Shown: positions 19,754-28,141 of the stretch, one piece after another
How positions within the stretch are numbered: the first letter of the stretch is position 1
How the letters are laid out: every line of letters begins with the position of its first letter
Source: Hyphomonadaceae bacterium
GTDB lineage: Bacteria; Pseudomonadota; Alphaproteobacteria; Caulobacterales; Hyphomonadaceae
Length of the DNA stretch: 64,000 nt
NCBI GenBank assembly: GCA_030158285.1
Contig: JAOATF010000017.1
Location: 5,373-69,372 of the forward strand
Reading direction: 5' to 3'
Made by a program: the position numbers and the translations under genes
The notes under the pieces: generated by a model
What the model saw: only the letters and a program-made list of their open reading frames with translations
Databases searched by the model: none
What the model was told of the DNA's origin: nothing

Positions 19754-21178
19754 CTACGTCTGAGGCGGGGGCAATCCTGCGACAGGTCGACTGACATCCG
19801 ACAGCGGCGTGATCGCATCGTCGGCCTCCTGGTCCTGCTCCGAAGAAGCGGCGAGCCGCCCAGGGGGCTCGGGTTGCAGCTGGCCGACCGTCATCCGGAT
19901 ATCCGTCAGCGCACCTTCCAGGTCGCGCATGAACGTTCCCATTGCCATTTGCCAAGCTGCGACTGGCTGGTTGGCAATTGATGCTCCGGCGCCGTGGTTT
20001 CTGGCCACGCCAAGCATTTCAGGCGCATTGCTCTGCGTTTCTGCAATTGCCCGGAGCTCCTGCACGGCATCTGCTCGCGCTGCCTCGACTGTGTCGAGCT
20101 TGCTGGTGAGTTCCTGTATCTGACGTCTCGCGTCCTTGACCTGCCGCTCTCGCTCCTCAAGGCGGCTCTTCAGTGCGGCTGCCCTGTCATTGGCGATCTG
20201 CAACTTCGAAATGAGGGAATCGCGTTGCTCGGTGGCCGCATCCTGTTGGGAGTCGAGATTGGAACGAAGCATCGTGTTGTGCTCATCGGCAACCAGGACC
20301 CTTCCCTCAAGTTCACGTATCTGGTCGTCCTTCCTTGCCAGCAGCATCGCCATGCCGGGCGCGAGCTCAGGCATAGGCAGCTCCGCGCCGGCATTGGCCA
20401 GTGCTGCCTCGTGCCGCCGAAGATCGAGTTGTTGCCGAAGCGTCTCGATGGTGGCGAAGGTCTCATCGACGTAGGCGAACCGGTTGCCGCGTACGCCGCA
20501 GTCAGCATTGACGCCTCGCTTCAGTCGATCTCTCGCTGCTTCATAGATTTCGAATTCAAGTGGCCACTGCTTTTCGAAGCGCGATCGGTCCGCAGCCGTG
20601 AGCGAGAGCAGCTGGGGATCTCGCGTTCCGATGCGGACTGCCGGAACCTCGATCCTTGGTTTTCCAACAACGTCCGCCAGAAGATCGAGCGAGCGCTGCA
20701 TGTCGGCCGTATCGCCAACAACCGAGAAGGAATCCAGCGCCAGCTGAACATGCTCGGCGCTCGAAATGCCCAAGGCCATGCTGTGCTGGAATGGATGACC
20801 CTGTTCGAGGAATGACGTCAGCCCTCCAACCACATCCTTATCAACATCCTTGAGGTGGTAGTATGCCGACACCGCATGTTCGAACGGATCTCTGAGGATC
20901 GTAAAGAGACAATGCTCCGAGGGCGTGCGCAGGCCCTTGACGAGATCAAGCAGGGCCAGCGGATGCCCAGTCAGGCGGCATGCGAAATGGCCCGCTACGC
21001 CCAATTCCCTGTCGGCGAGATCGATCGAACCCACTTTGTCCGAAAACTCAGTGTCCCGCATCAGATCCGGGTACCACGTTTCCAACACGCGCTTGCAGCT
21101 TGTGCCCGCAGTTTTGGGAATATGGTAGTAAATCAGCAATGTTCGTTTTCTCCCCCAAGCTGTTGCGCCGACGTTCAT
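19754..21178 (-). CDS. Sulfotransferase (family-2-like) fused to a C-terminal coiled-coil region
   Basis: LLIYYHIPKTAGTSCKRVLE (5'-PSB) and TILRDPFEHAVSAYYH (3'-PB). These are followed by ~170 aa of heptad-like, Pro-poor sequence (DDQIRELEGRVLVADEHNTMLRSNLDSQQDAATEQRDSLISKLQIANDRAAALKSRLEERERQVKDARRQIQELTSKLDTVEAARADAVQELRAI). The ORF is open to 21262. Confidence 0.7.
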   Translation of the reverse strand: MNVGATAWGRKRTLLIYYHIPKTAGTSCKRVLETWYPDLMRDTEFSDKVGSIDLADRELGVAGHFACRLTGHPLALLDLVKGLRTPSEHCLFTILRDPFEHAVSAYYHLKDVDKDVVGGLTSFLEQGHPFQHSMALGISSAEHVQLALDSFSVVGDTADMQRSLDLLADVVGKPRIEVPAVRIGTRDPQLLSLTAADRSRFEKQWPLEFEIYEAARDRLKRGVNADCGVRGNRFAYVDETFATIETLRQQLDLRRHEAALANAGAELPMPELAPGMAMLLARKDDQIRELEGRVLVADEHNTMLRSNLDSQQDAATEQRDSLISKLQIANDRAAALKSRLEERERQVKDARRQIQELTSKLDTVEAARADAVQELRAIAETQSNAPEMLGVARNHGAGASIANQPVAAWQMAMGTFMRDLEGALTDIRMTVGQLQPEPPGRLAASSEQDQEADDAITPLSDVSRPVAGLPPPQT

Positions 21179-21398
21179 CGTCACGCGCTGCAAACGGCTC
21201 CCCGGTGCAGGAAACCTGCTTCCTGGACCAGCGCATCGGCATGGAGGCCGAAGCACAGGCAACTCTCAGGCTCACCGTTCAAGCGAACTTCGTGCCAGAT
21301 GTGTCCGTTTGGTAGCAAGTGTTGCTGAGCAAGTCGAACACTCCAAGTCACAACGTTGCGACCGCGGTGTTTCGAGGCAACGGCAGTCTAGTCGCCAC

Positions 21399-21905
21399 CT
21401 AGGTGATCGTGATGATCGGCTGGTCTGCGCTGAATTCAGCGACAGTTTCACCGACGTTCTTCATCTCGATACGGAGCGAACGGTGCGCGAACGCGAACTT
21501 TCCACCGACACGTACGAGAGTTTTATTGCCGTCTAGCTTGAAGAAGGCCTTGAAGCTCTCTTCGGGATCTGTGCCGTCGCCATTGCGGATCAGAAGCACG
21601 CGCAAGTTGGATCGCTTGCCTTCAGCAGGTGTAATGATGATTTCGGAAATTGCAGTCTGCGCGGGCTGCACGGCGGCTAGCGGGAGAATACCGATGATCG
21701 ACTCGCCAGGTTGAAGGACGACATCTTGCGGCGGCGTGGGAAGTTGGCTCCCGCGTTTCGAGACCACGCTTGTCGGCGTGGCAGGGGAGGGGGCCCAGCC
21801 ATACCAGGCACGCGGCGGTGGAGTTTGCGCGGTTGCCGCCTGCGGGGCGCCTGCCGCGCTCGACTTCCTGGAGCCCGACTTGGCGCCCTTGCGCGAAAAC
21901 AGCAT
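21399..21905 (-). CDS. Hypothetical protein, distant member 3 of the small-protein paralogue family
   Basis: The C-terminal half (SNLRVLLIRNGDGTDPEES..LVRVGGKFAFAHRSLRIEM) resembles the (V/L)R(L/S)V(M/L)MRHC..H.FA...C.R core of the other two, but lacks both Cys and any lipobox. GGTGAG lies upstream of ATG 21905. Confidence 0.4.
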   Translation of the reverse strand: MLFSRKGAKSGSRKSSAAGAPQAATAQTPPPRAWYGWAPSPATPTSVVSKRGSQLPTPPQDVVLQPGESIIGILPLAAVQPAQTAISEIIITPAEGKRSNLRVLLIRNGDGTDPEESFKAFFKLDGNKTLVRVGGKFAFAHRSLRIEMKNVGETVAEFSADQPIITIT

Positions 21906-22406
21906 CTCACCACCCCGGTAGCAGCGCCGATCCGTGCTGCATTGGAAACCATGCCTGGCTCCAACTTTACACAAGGACTTGATGGATGTTCAACCCGAGA
22001 GCACTGCCCCGGGCTCGCGCGGCGCCTTGGGACGCGCTTCCGGGCATGAATTGCGCAAGCGACATGCAGGCAAGCAGCAGATTTGCGCCTGCCGGGGGCG
22101 GTTCACGCAGGGTGTCTCGTGCAAATGTTCCGCCCGCCGGGGCGCCCGAGCTGTTCTCCAGGCTGTCCCCCGGGGCGTCCGAAGTGGACCCGGCGCGCTC
22201 GCCGGGGTATGCCTTGCTTGAGCTGTCGCTGGCCGTTTCAACCAGAACGCGAAGCAGCGATTGCAAATTCGCATGATCACGCAGACGGGGCGCCGGCATT
22301 GGTTTTTGGCAACAGATCAGCCGCGACGCCTGACACGAGGCCCAAGCCGGAACAGTTCCTGCCGGACCTGGAGGCGCAGCCGGTTCGTCCCGCAGGCGGG
22401 ACGACT

Positions 22407-23243
22407 GTGGCGCAAGTCTCGCGCTACCCGCAGCTGTGCGCGCGGCCGGTTGTCAGCGTGGTGCTCGGCAGTTTCAATCGCGCGAGCCTGCTGAAGCCGG
22501 CGATTGAATCGGTGCGGCGCGAGCTGGCGGGCATCGATGGCGAGATACTGGTTGTCGACGGCGGATCGACGGATGGATCGATCGACTGGCTGCTCGGCCA
22601 GGACGATGTGATCACGATCGTGCAGCGCAACCGCGTCACGATCGATGGCGTTGCGATGCGCAGGCGCTCGTGGGGCGGGTTCATGAACATCGCTTTCCGG
22701 GCGGCCGCCGGACAGTTCATCCTGATGATTTCGGACGACTGTCTCCTGCTACCCGGGACGATCAGCGCGGCTGTGAAGCGGATCGAACAGGCCAATGCGG
22801 CCGGCCTCCGCGTCGGCGGTTGCGCCTTCTATTTCCGCAACTGGCCTGATGAACGGTCCTACTACGTGCAGCGGACGCTGGGCGGGAACCTTATGGTAAA
22901 CCATGGCATATACGTTCGCGAGGCGCTCGACGCCGTCGGGTATGCGGACGAAGACCAGTATGTGTTCTACAAGGCCGACACGGATCTTTCGCTGAAGATC
23001 TGGCAGGCGGGGTTCCACATCATCGATTCACCCGGGTCGATCTGTGAACACTTTGTTGATCCGGGTGAGGCGGCGCGGGTCTCCAACAACGCCGTCATGG
23101 ACTTCGACAGGAGCGTCATGCGCCAACGCTGGCCGGCGCTTGTGTCCAAGGCCTGCGTGGCGAAGATGGGGAAGATTTTCCTGGACAAGGCGCCAGGGAA
23201 CGAGGCGCTGGAAACGTGGGGACCACAGCCGGCGAAGGCCTGA
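22407..23243 (+). CDS. Glycosyltransferase family 2
   Basis: PVVSVVLGSFNRASLLKPAIESVRRE, ILVVDGGSTDGS, ILMISDDC. The ORF is open from 22083. GTG 22407 has GGCGGG 6 nt upstream and gives a normal GT-A N-terminus, but the start remains uncertain. Confidence 0.7.
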   Translation: MAQVSRYPQLCARPVVSVVLGSFNRASLLKPAIESVRRELAGIDGEILVVDGGSTDGSIDWLLGQDDVITIVQRNRVTIDGVAMRRRSWGGFMNIAFRAAAGQFILMISDDCLLLPGTISAAVKRIEQANAAGLRVGGCAFYFRNWPDERSYYVQRTLGGNLMVNHGIYVREALDAVGYADEDQYVFYKADTDLSLKIWQAGFHIIDSPGSICEHFVDPGEAARVSNNAVMDFDRSVMRQRWPALVSKACVAKMGKIFLDKAPGNEALETWGPQPAKA

Positions 23244-23270
23244 CTGCAGCGGCCCGGTACTGAAGACGAA

Positions 23271-24662
23271 ATGACTGCCATCGGCGATCGATGGGGAGTG
23301 AAGATGACAGAGCGGCCGCAACTGAGTGTCGTGGATGGCGGGAAAGAGAGCCCGACGCCGTCGACGACGCCGTCATCGCCACTGGAAGCACGTCTGGCAG
23401 CCGATCTGCGCGCCCAGCGCGAGCTCAACACAGGTCTGACACTGGACCTTGGCGCCGCCCGTGCGGCGGTCGCGCTTGCGGCGCGCCGCCAGGAAGACCT
23501 GCTTACCCAGCTGCAGCTGGAGCGCGAGGCGCGCCGGCAGATGAAGCTGCAATTCCGTGAGAGCGTCGCCGAGGCGCGAGCGCTGACTGACAGGTTGCGG
23601 CTTGCCGAGGAAGCGGGGCAGGCAATCGTGCAAGACAAGCTGCAACTGGCGGCGCGGGCCGAGGCTGCGGAAACGCTGGGCGCGGGCCTTGCCCAGAAAC
23701 TGCTCGAGGCCGAGGGGCTGCTGAGGACATCCAGCGAGACGATCGAACATCTCAAGGGGCTGATCAGGAAGCGCGACGAGCAGATGATTGCCCTGCGCGC
23801 GGAACTCGGCGAGCAGGCGGCAAAGCAGGAAGCGCTCGGCCAACAGATCGCGCTGGTGCTGGTGGAGAGCGAAAAGGCCACCACGAAAGCGCGGGCGGTT
23901 ATCGCCGCAAGCGCTGATCTGACGGCGCAGGTGCGCGCCTTCGTTCTGGAGTTGTCGGAAACGCTGAACGTGAAGGATGCCCCGGCGCTGGATGAGGCGC
24001 AGACCTCCTTCGCGCCGAGTTTCGCTGCGATCACAGCCCAGGCTGCGCACCTGTATGACGCCTGCGCCGTGGCTCAGGCCGACATCGCCGCGTTGCGCGC
24101 CGAGAAGGGCGCGATCAGCGCGCAGCTGGCAGATATGACTGCGCGATGCGCCGACATGACGACCAAGGCGGAGAACCGGTTCAACCGTCTTGCTCGCGAT
24201 GCGAAGGATCTGGCCGAGCTGCGTGACGCGCTGTCGGCGCGCCATGCGCTTGTCGGCAAGCTTGAAGCCTCGCTCAAGGAACGCGATCAAGCGCTCAAGG
24301 CTGTCGTGCAGGATGGCAAGCGCCTGCAGGAAGAGCGCGACGCCGAGACGGAACGGGCGTTGCACCTGAGCAAGAAGGTCGCGAAGAAGGATGATCTGCT
24401 CATGGCGGCGGCCGCTGAGGCGCGGCAACGCGAGGCCGGGCTGCGCCAGGACATTGCCCGGGCGAGCGCGGTTTCCGGCGAGCTGTCGAAGAAGATCGAA
24501 GCGGTTGGGGCTGAGAACGCGCGGTTGGCGCAGGCCGAGCAGGCGCTGAGCGCTGAGCTGGCCGGGCTGAACACGCTTCTGGACGAGCGGCGGAACACCA
24601 TTCGCCAGCTGCAGCAGGAACTCGCCCTGATCAGGCTGGGCCGCAAGAAGCCGAACGCGTAG
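23271..24662 (+). CDS. Coiled-coil protein with no recognisable enzyme domain
   Basis: About 430 aa are almost entirely A/L/E/R/Q/K-rich and Pro-poor (LQLEREARRQMKLQFRESVAEARALTDRLRLAEEAGQAIVQDKLQLAARAEAAE...). No TM segment. Alternative start ATG 23304 has a GGGGAG RBS. Confidence 0.6.
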   Translation: MTAIGDRWGVKMTERPQLSVVDGGKESPTPSTTPSSPLEARLAADLRAQRELNTGLTLDLGAARAAVALAARRQEDLLTQLQLEREARRQMKLQFRESVAEARALTDRLRLAEEAGQAIVQDKLQLAARAEAAETLGAGLAQKLLEAEGLLRTSSETIEHLKGLIRKRDEQMIALRAELGEQAAKQEALGQQIALVLVESEKATTKARAVIAASADLTAQVRAFVLELSETLNVKDAPALDEAQTSFAPSFAAITAQAAHLYDACAVAQADIAALRAEKGAISAQLADMTARCADMTTKAENRFNRLARDAKDLAELRDALSARHALVGKLEASLKERDQALKAVVQDGKRLQEERDAETERALHLSKKVAKKDDLLMAAAAEARQREAGLRQDIARASAVSGELSKKIEAVGAENARLAQAEQALSAELAGLNTLLDERRNTIRQLQQELALIRLGRKKPNA

Positions 24663-24676
24663 GCGGACGCTGCCTT

Positions 24677-26590
24677 CTATCTGCGGAGCGCGGCCGTCAC
24701 CTTGCCGGCGATCGAGACGGCATCGAGGCCGACGCGCGCCAGAACTTCATCGTTCGCACCCGAGGGCGGGACGCCTTCGATGCCGATGCCGAGGAAGCCG
24801 CGCTGCTTGAGCGCACCCGCTTCGGCAAGCGCTGTGCAGACGCGATCGCCCTGGCCCAGCACGCGATAGTGGTTGTCGATCACCGCCACCAGCTTCGCAG
24901 ATCCGACAGCTTCACCCAGCCACTTGCCATCGACGGTGTTGAGGAAGGGCAGGTTGATGACGCTGGCCGAAACGCCGCGCTGGGCGAGCACGTCGGCTGC
25001 CTGCATCGCGAGGCTCATGCCCAGCAGGCCCGCGCTGACCAGCGCGATGTCGCCGCCTACCTTTGCGACATAGCCTTGGCCAACTTTCGGCGACCACCCG
25101 GCGGGTGGCGTGTGACGCGCGGCGAACGGGATCGAGACAAGGCGGAGATAGCTCGCGCCCCTATGCGTGTTGAGACACCAGTCGAACAGCGGCGCGACTT
25201 CATCCGGATGCGAGGGCTCGACCATCACGAAGTTGGGGATTGAGCCGAGCGCGGAAATCTCGCGCACCGACTGGTGCGAGTGTCCGGGGCCCGCAGGCAG
25301 CACGCCGGAGAGACCGCCGACATAGACGATCCGCGTGTCTTCGGTGGCGTTGTTGTAGATCTGTTCGTTCGGGCGCGTGGACAGGAAGCAGGAGAACGAG
25401 TGCACGACAGGCAGCAGGCCATTGAGCGCCATGCCGCCGGCCTGGCTCACCATGTCCATCTCGGCGATGCCGCATTCGATGAAGCGGTCGGGGTGGGCAT
25501 CGCGGAATGGTTCGAGGCCCATGTCCAGCACAAGGTCCGCATCCAGCGCGATGATACGGTCATTGTGGCCGGCCTGATCGAGCAGGGCGGCGGTGTAGGC
25601 AGGAAACAGCCGGACGGTTTCGCCGGCCGCCGGGGCTGTGGGACGTTCCACCGTTTCGAAGGTGACGCGGGCGACCTTGATGGCGTCGGCGCCGGTATTG
25701 ATGTGCGAGATCAGTTCCTGCGCTGCGCGGGTGTAGTCCTCGGCCTTGGGTGCGCCGGAGTGGAACTGGAAGCGCTCGACGTCGCTGTCGATCGCCACGC
25801 CCTGCATGAAGGACACGCCCTTGCCCTTGACCGTGTTGGCGATGATGACGCTCGGGCGCTTGTCGGCTTCGGCGGACTTCAGCGCCTTCGCGAGAGCGGG
25901 AATGTCGTGTCCGTCGATCGATTGCACGTGCCAGCCGAAGGCCGCGAACTTTGCGTCGAGATCGCCGAGGCTGGAGGTGCGTTCCACCGAATAGTCGGAC
26001 TGGATCTTGTTGTGGTCGACGATGACGGTGATCTCGCCATAGCCGTGGTTGGCAGCCGAGATCAGCGATTCCCAGATCTGGCCTTCCTGCAATTCGCCAT
26101 CGCCGGTCATCACATGGATGCGGGACTGGATGCCCTTGCGACGGTTGGCAAAGGCCATGCCTTTTGCCTTGGAGATGCCCATGCCCAGTGAGCCGGTGTT
26201 GGCGACCATGCCGGGCACGTGCACATCCGGGTGGCCTGGCAGGCCGTCGAGCTTGCGCAGGCGATGGATCTTGTCGAACGGCAGCTTTCCCTGCGCAGTG
26301 AGGATCGCGTAGAGGCCGGGCGCATCATGGCCCTTCGAGGAGAAGTACACGTCCTCGCCCGTCATGCCTTCGAGATAGAGCCACGCCACGACATCCATGC
26401 TGGAAAAGCTGGACCCGATATGGCCCGAGCCGGCATTGGCGATCATGTAGAGCGTATTGAGGCGAGCCATGTCGGCATAAAGCGCCGCGCGCGCAGCAGG
26501 CTCAGCGTTCGACGCAGCCACCCGCTCAAACTCTGCCTTGCCCGCGAAATACAGCGTGCCGGAGACGGCTTCGGTAACCAGATCGCCCAT
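24677..26590 (-). CDS. Fused (N+C) transketolase-family thiamine-diphosphate enzyme
   Basis: GSGHIGSSFSSMDVVAWLY, GHDAPGLYAIL, GSLGMGISKAKGMA, MTGDGELQEGQIWES (ThDP motif). Pyrimidine-binding half: FIECGIAEMDMVSQAGGMAL. GGAG lies 9 nt upstream of ATG 26590; the ORF is open to 26635. Confidence 0.85.
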   Translation of the reverse strand: MGDLVTEAVSGTLYFAGKAEFERVAASNAEPAARAALYADMARLNTLYMIANAGSGHIGSSFSSMDVVAWLYLEGMTGEDVYFSSKGHDAPGLYAILTAQGKLPFDKIHRLRKLDGLPGHPDVHVPGMVANTGSLGMGISKAKGMAFANRRKGIQSRIHVMTGDGELQEGQIWESLISAANHGYGEITVIVDHNKIQSDYSVERTSSLGDLDAKFAAFGWHVQSIDGHDIPALAKALKSAEADKRPSVIIANTVKGKGVSFMQGVAIDSDVERFQFHSGAPKAEDYTRAAQELISHINTGADAIKVARVTFETVERPTAPAAGETVRLFPAYTAALLDQAGHNDRIIALDADLVLDMGLEPFRDAHPDRFIECGIAEMDMVSQAGGMALNGLLPVVHSFSCFLSTRPNEQIYNNATEDTRIVYVGGLSGVLPAGPGHSHQSVREISALGSIPNFVMVEPSHPDEVAPLFDWCLNTHRGASYLRLVSIPFAARHTPPAGWSPKVGQGYVAKVGGDIALVSAGLLGMSLAMQAADVLAQRGVSASVINLPFLNTVDGKWLGEAVGSAKLVAVIDNHYRVLGQGDRVCTALAEAGALKQRGFLGIGIEGVPPSGANDEVLARVGLDAVSIAGKVTAALRR

Positions 26591-26702
26591 TTCCAAGTCT
26601 CCGAATACGCGCCATGCCCTAAGCTGAGCTAGCACGTATTCCGCAGGAGTACGCGTACATGCCAGCTTGGGCTACGGAGATCGACGATCCCCAAGCGAGT
26701 TG

Positions 26703-27239
26703 TCAGGGCTTCGGCTTCTTGATGAACTCAAGATCCGACAGCTCCACATCAACAGGAGCCTTGTCCCCCGGAACGACCGAAAGACGAATGCAGCCATACG
26801 AAGCTGCAAAGGTATGCGAAATTTCAAAGTCTGCTGGCGCGCCCGTACCGACGACATCCGATGTGGCCAGGTCCTCGCCATTCACCTGATCGCAGTGGCG
26901 CATCATTACCAAGCGAACGGGTCGACCGGTCGGAGCTGTCAGCTTGCCCTTAACGACGATATCGTCGCCGGCAGCAACCGGCGCCTTCTCCACAATAACA
27001 GCCAGGTAAGATTTCCCGCCGATCGATGCAGCGCCCGCGGCGCCTTGGCCCGTTGTCGAACCCTCTCCGGTTAGTTGCCAACGGTTCGTGCCGCCCAGCG
27101 ACGTGGGCTGGGCTGCTACGGGAGCCGGCGCCTCTGTGGGAGCAGCGGGGCTTGGTGCGGTCTCGCCGCCACATCCAGCAAGCCCCAAGCTCAGCATAGC
27201 GCCGACACCGGCCAACGCGGCAAGATGCAGATTCTTCAT
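26703..27239 (-). CDS. Lipoprotein, paralogue family member 2 (MRHC motif)
   Basis: Classical lipobox: MKNLHLAALAGVGAMLSLGLAGCGG. A/P-rich linker. The core aligns with the 8978-9628 product, including both conserved Cys. Confidence 0.7.
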   Translation of the reverse strand: MKNLHLAALAGVGAMLSLGLAGCGGETAPSPAAPTEAPAPVAAQPTSLGGTNRWQLTGEGSTTGQGAAGAASIGGKSYLAVIVEKAPVAAGDDIVVKGKLTAPTGRPVRLVMMRHCDQVNGEDLATSDVVGTGAPADFEISHTFAASYGCIRLSVVPGDKAPVDVELSDLEFIKKPKP

Positions 27240-27367
27240 GGATAATCCCCGAGGCACAGGCCGAACTCCCGCTGATCCAGCGGCTTATACTCGAACTCCC
27301 AGAAAAGGCACAACCTTACAACTGTGCCGGGAGCACAGCTGGTGATATTTGGTCACCGGATAGGCGC

Positions 27368-28141
27368 CTAACGTCCTGATCCTGTGATGGCTGGCCTGTC
27401 CACGTCCGGCAAAGTCGCCGAGCTATCGCGTACCATCATTTCCAGCAGGCGCCAGTCGTTGGGTGAGTTCACGTCCAGCCCTTCATCGTCGTGGGTGAGG
27501 AAGGGCGTCAGGACGTCGCCCGCGATCGAGCCCTTGTCGAAGGCGACGCGGGTCCAGGCGATTTCGAGGCTGGCGTTCTGGACGTAGACCTTGGGCAGGG
27601 CGGCATACTGCATCGAATGCCAGGGGGCAGGGGCGCCCTCGGGTTGCATCGGCATCAGGGGATGCATCCGTTCGCCGCGGACGACCCACATCTTGCCGGG
27701 ATGCTGGGCGCAGGGCTCGACGGCGCGCAGGCTGTCGACGCCGTCCTGCCTTACGAACTGCCGCCAGGCGCGCTGTATCGTCTCCGGTTTGCGGCAGGGG
27801 CTGGTGGGACGGAGGATGGAGAAAGCATCGGTTGCCGAGCCATTATCCTTCAGCCAACCGAGCGCGTGCTGGATCCATTCGATGTCGGGAGATTTGTCGC
27901 CGGCGATTTCGGCTGGGCGCAGGAAGGGGATCTCCGCGCCATAGTGCGCGGCGATGGCGGCATACTTGTCAGAGTCAGTGGATACGATGATCCGGGAGAA
28001 CACGCCCGACTGGCGCGCCGCGCAGATCGTGTAGGCAATCAGCGGATGGCCGTTGAGCAGCGCAATATTCTTGTCCGGCACGCGCTTCGAGCCGGAGCGG
28101 GCCGGGATCAGGCAGACGCAGGTGGGATGTTTCGTGCTCAC
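27368..28141 (-). CDS. Cytidylyltransferase, acylneuraminate/CMP-ulosonate synthetase family (CTP_transf_3-like)
   Basis: CLIPARSGSKRVPDKNIALLNGHPLIAYTI, IIVSTDS, FSILRPTSPCR. GTG 28141 overlaps the ALDH stop (GTGA). The long Arg-rich upstream extension of the ORF is implausible as coding. Confidence 0.8.
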   Translation of the reverse strand: MSTKHPTCVCLIPARSGSKRVPDKNIALLNGHPLIAYTICAARQSGVFSRIIVSTDSDKYAAIAAHYGAEIPFLRPAEIAGDKSPDIEWIQHALGWLKDNGSATDAFSILRPTSPCRKPETIQRAWRQFVRQDGVDSLRAVEPCAQHPGKMWVVRGERMHPLMPMQPEGAPAPWHSMQYAALPKVYVQNASLEIAWTRVAFDKGSIAGDVLTPFLTHDDEGLDVNSPNDWRLLEMMVRDSSATLPDVDRPAITGSGR

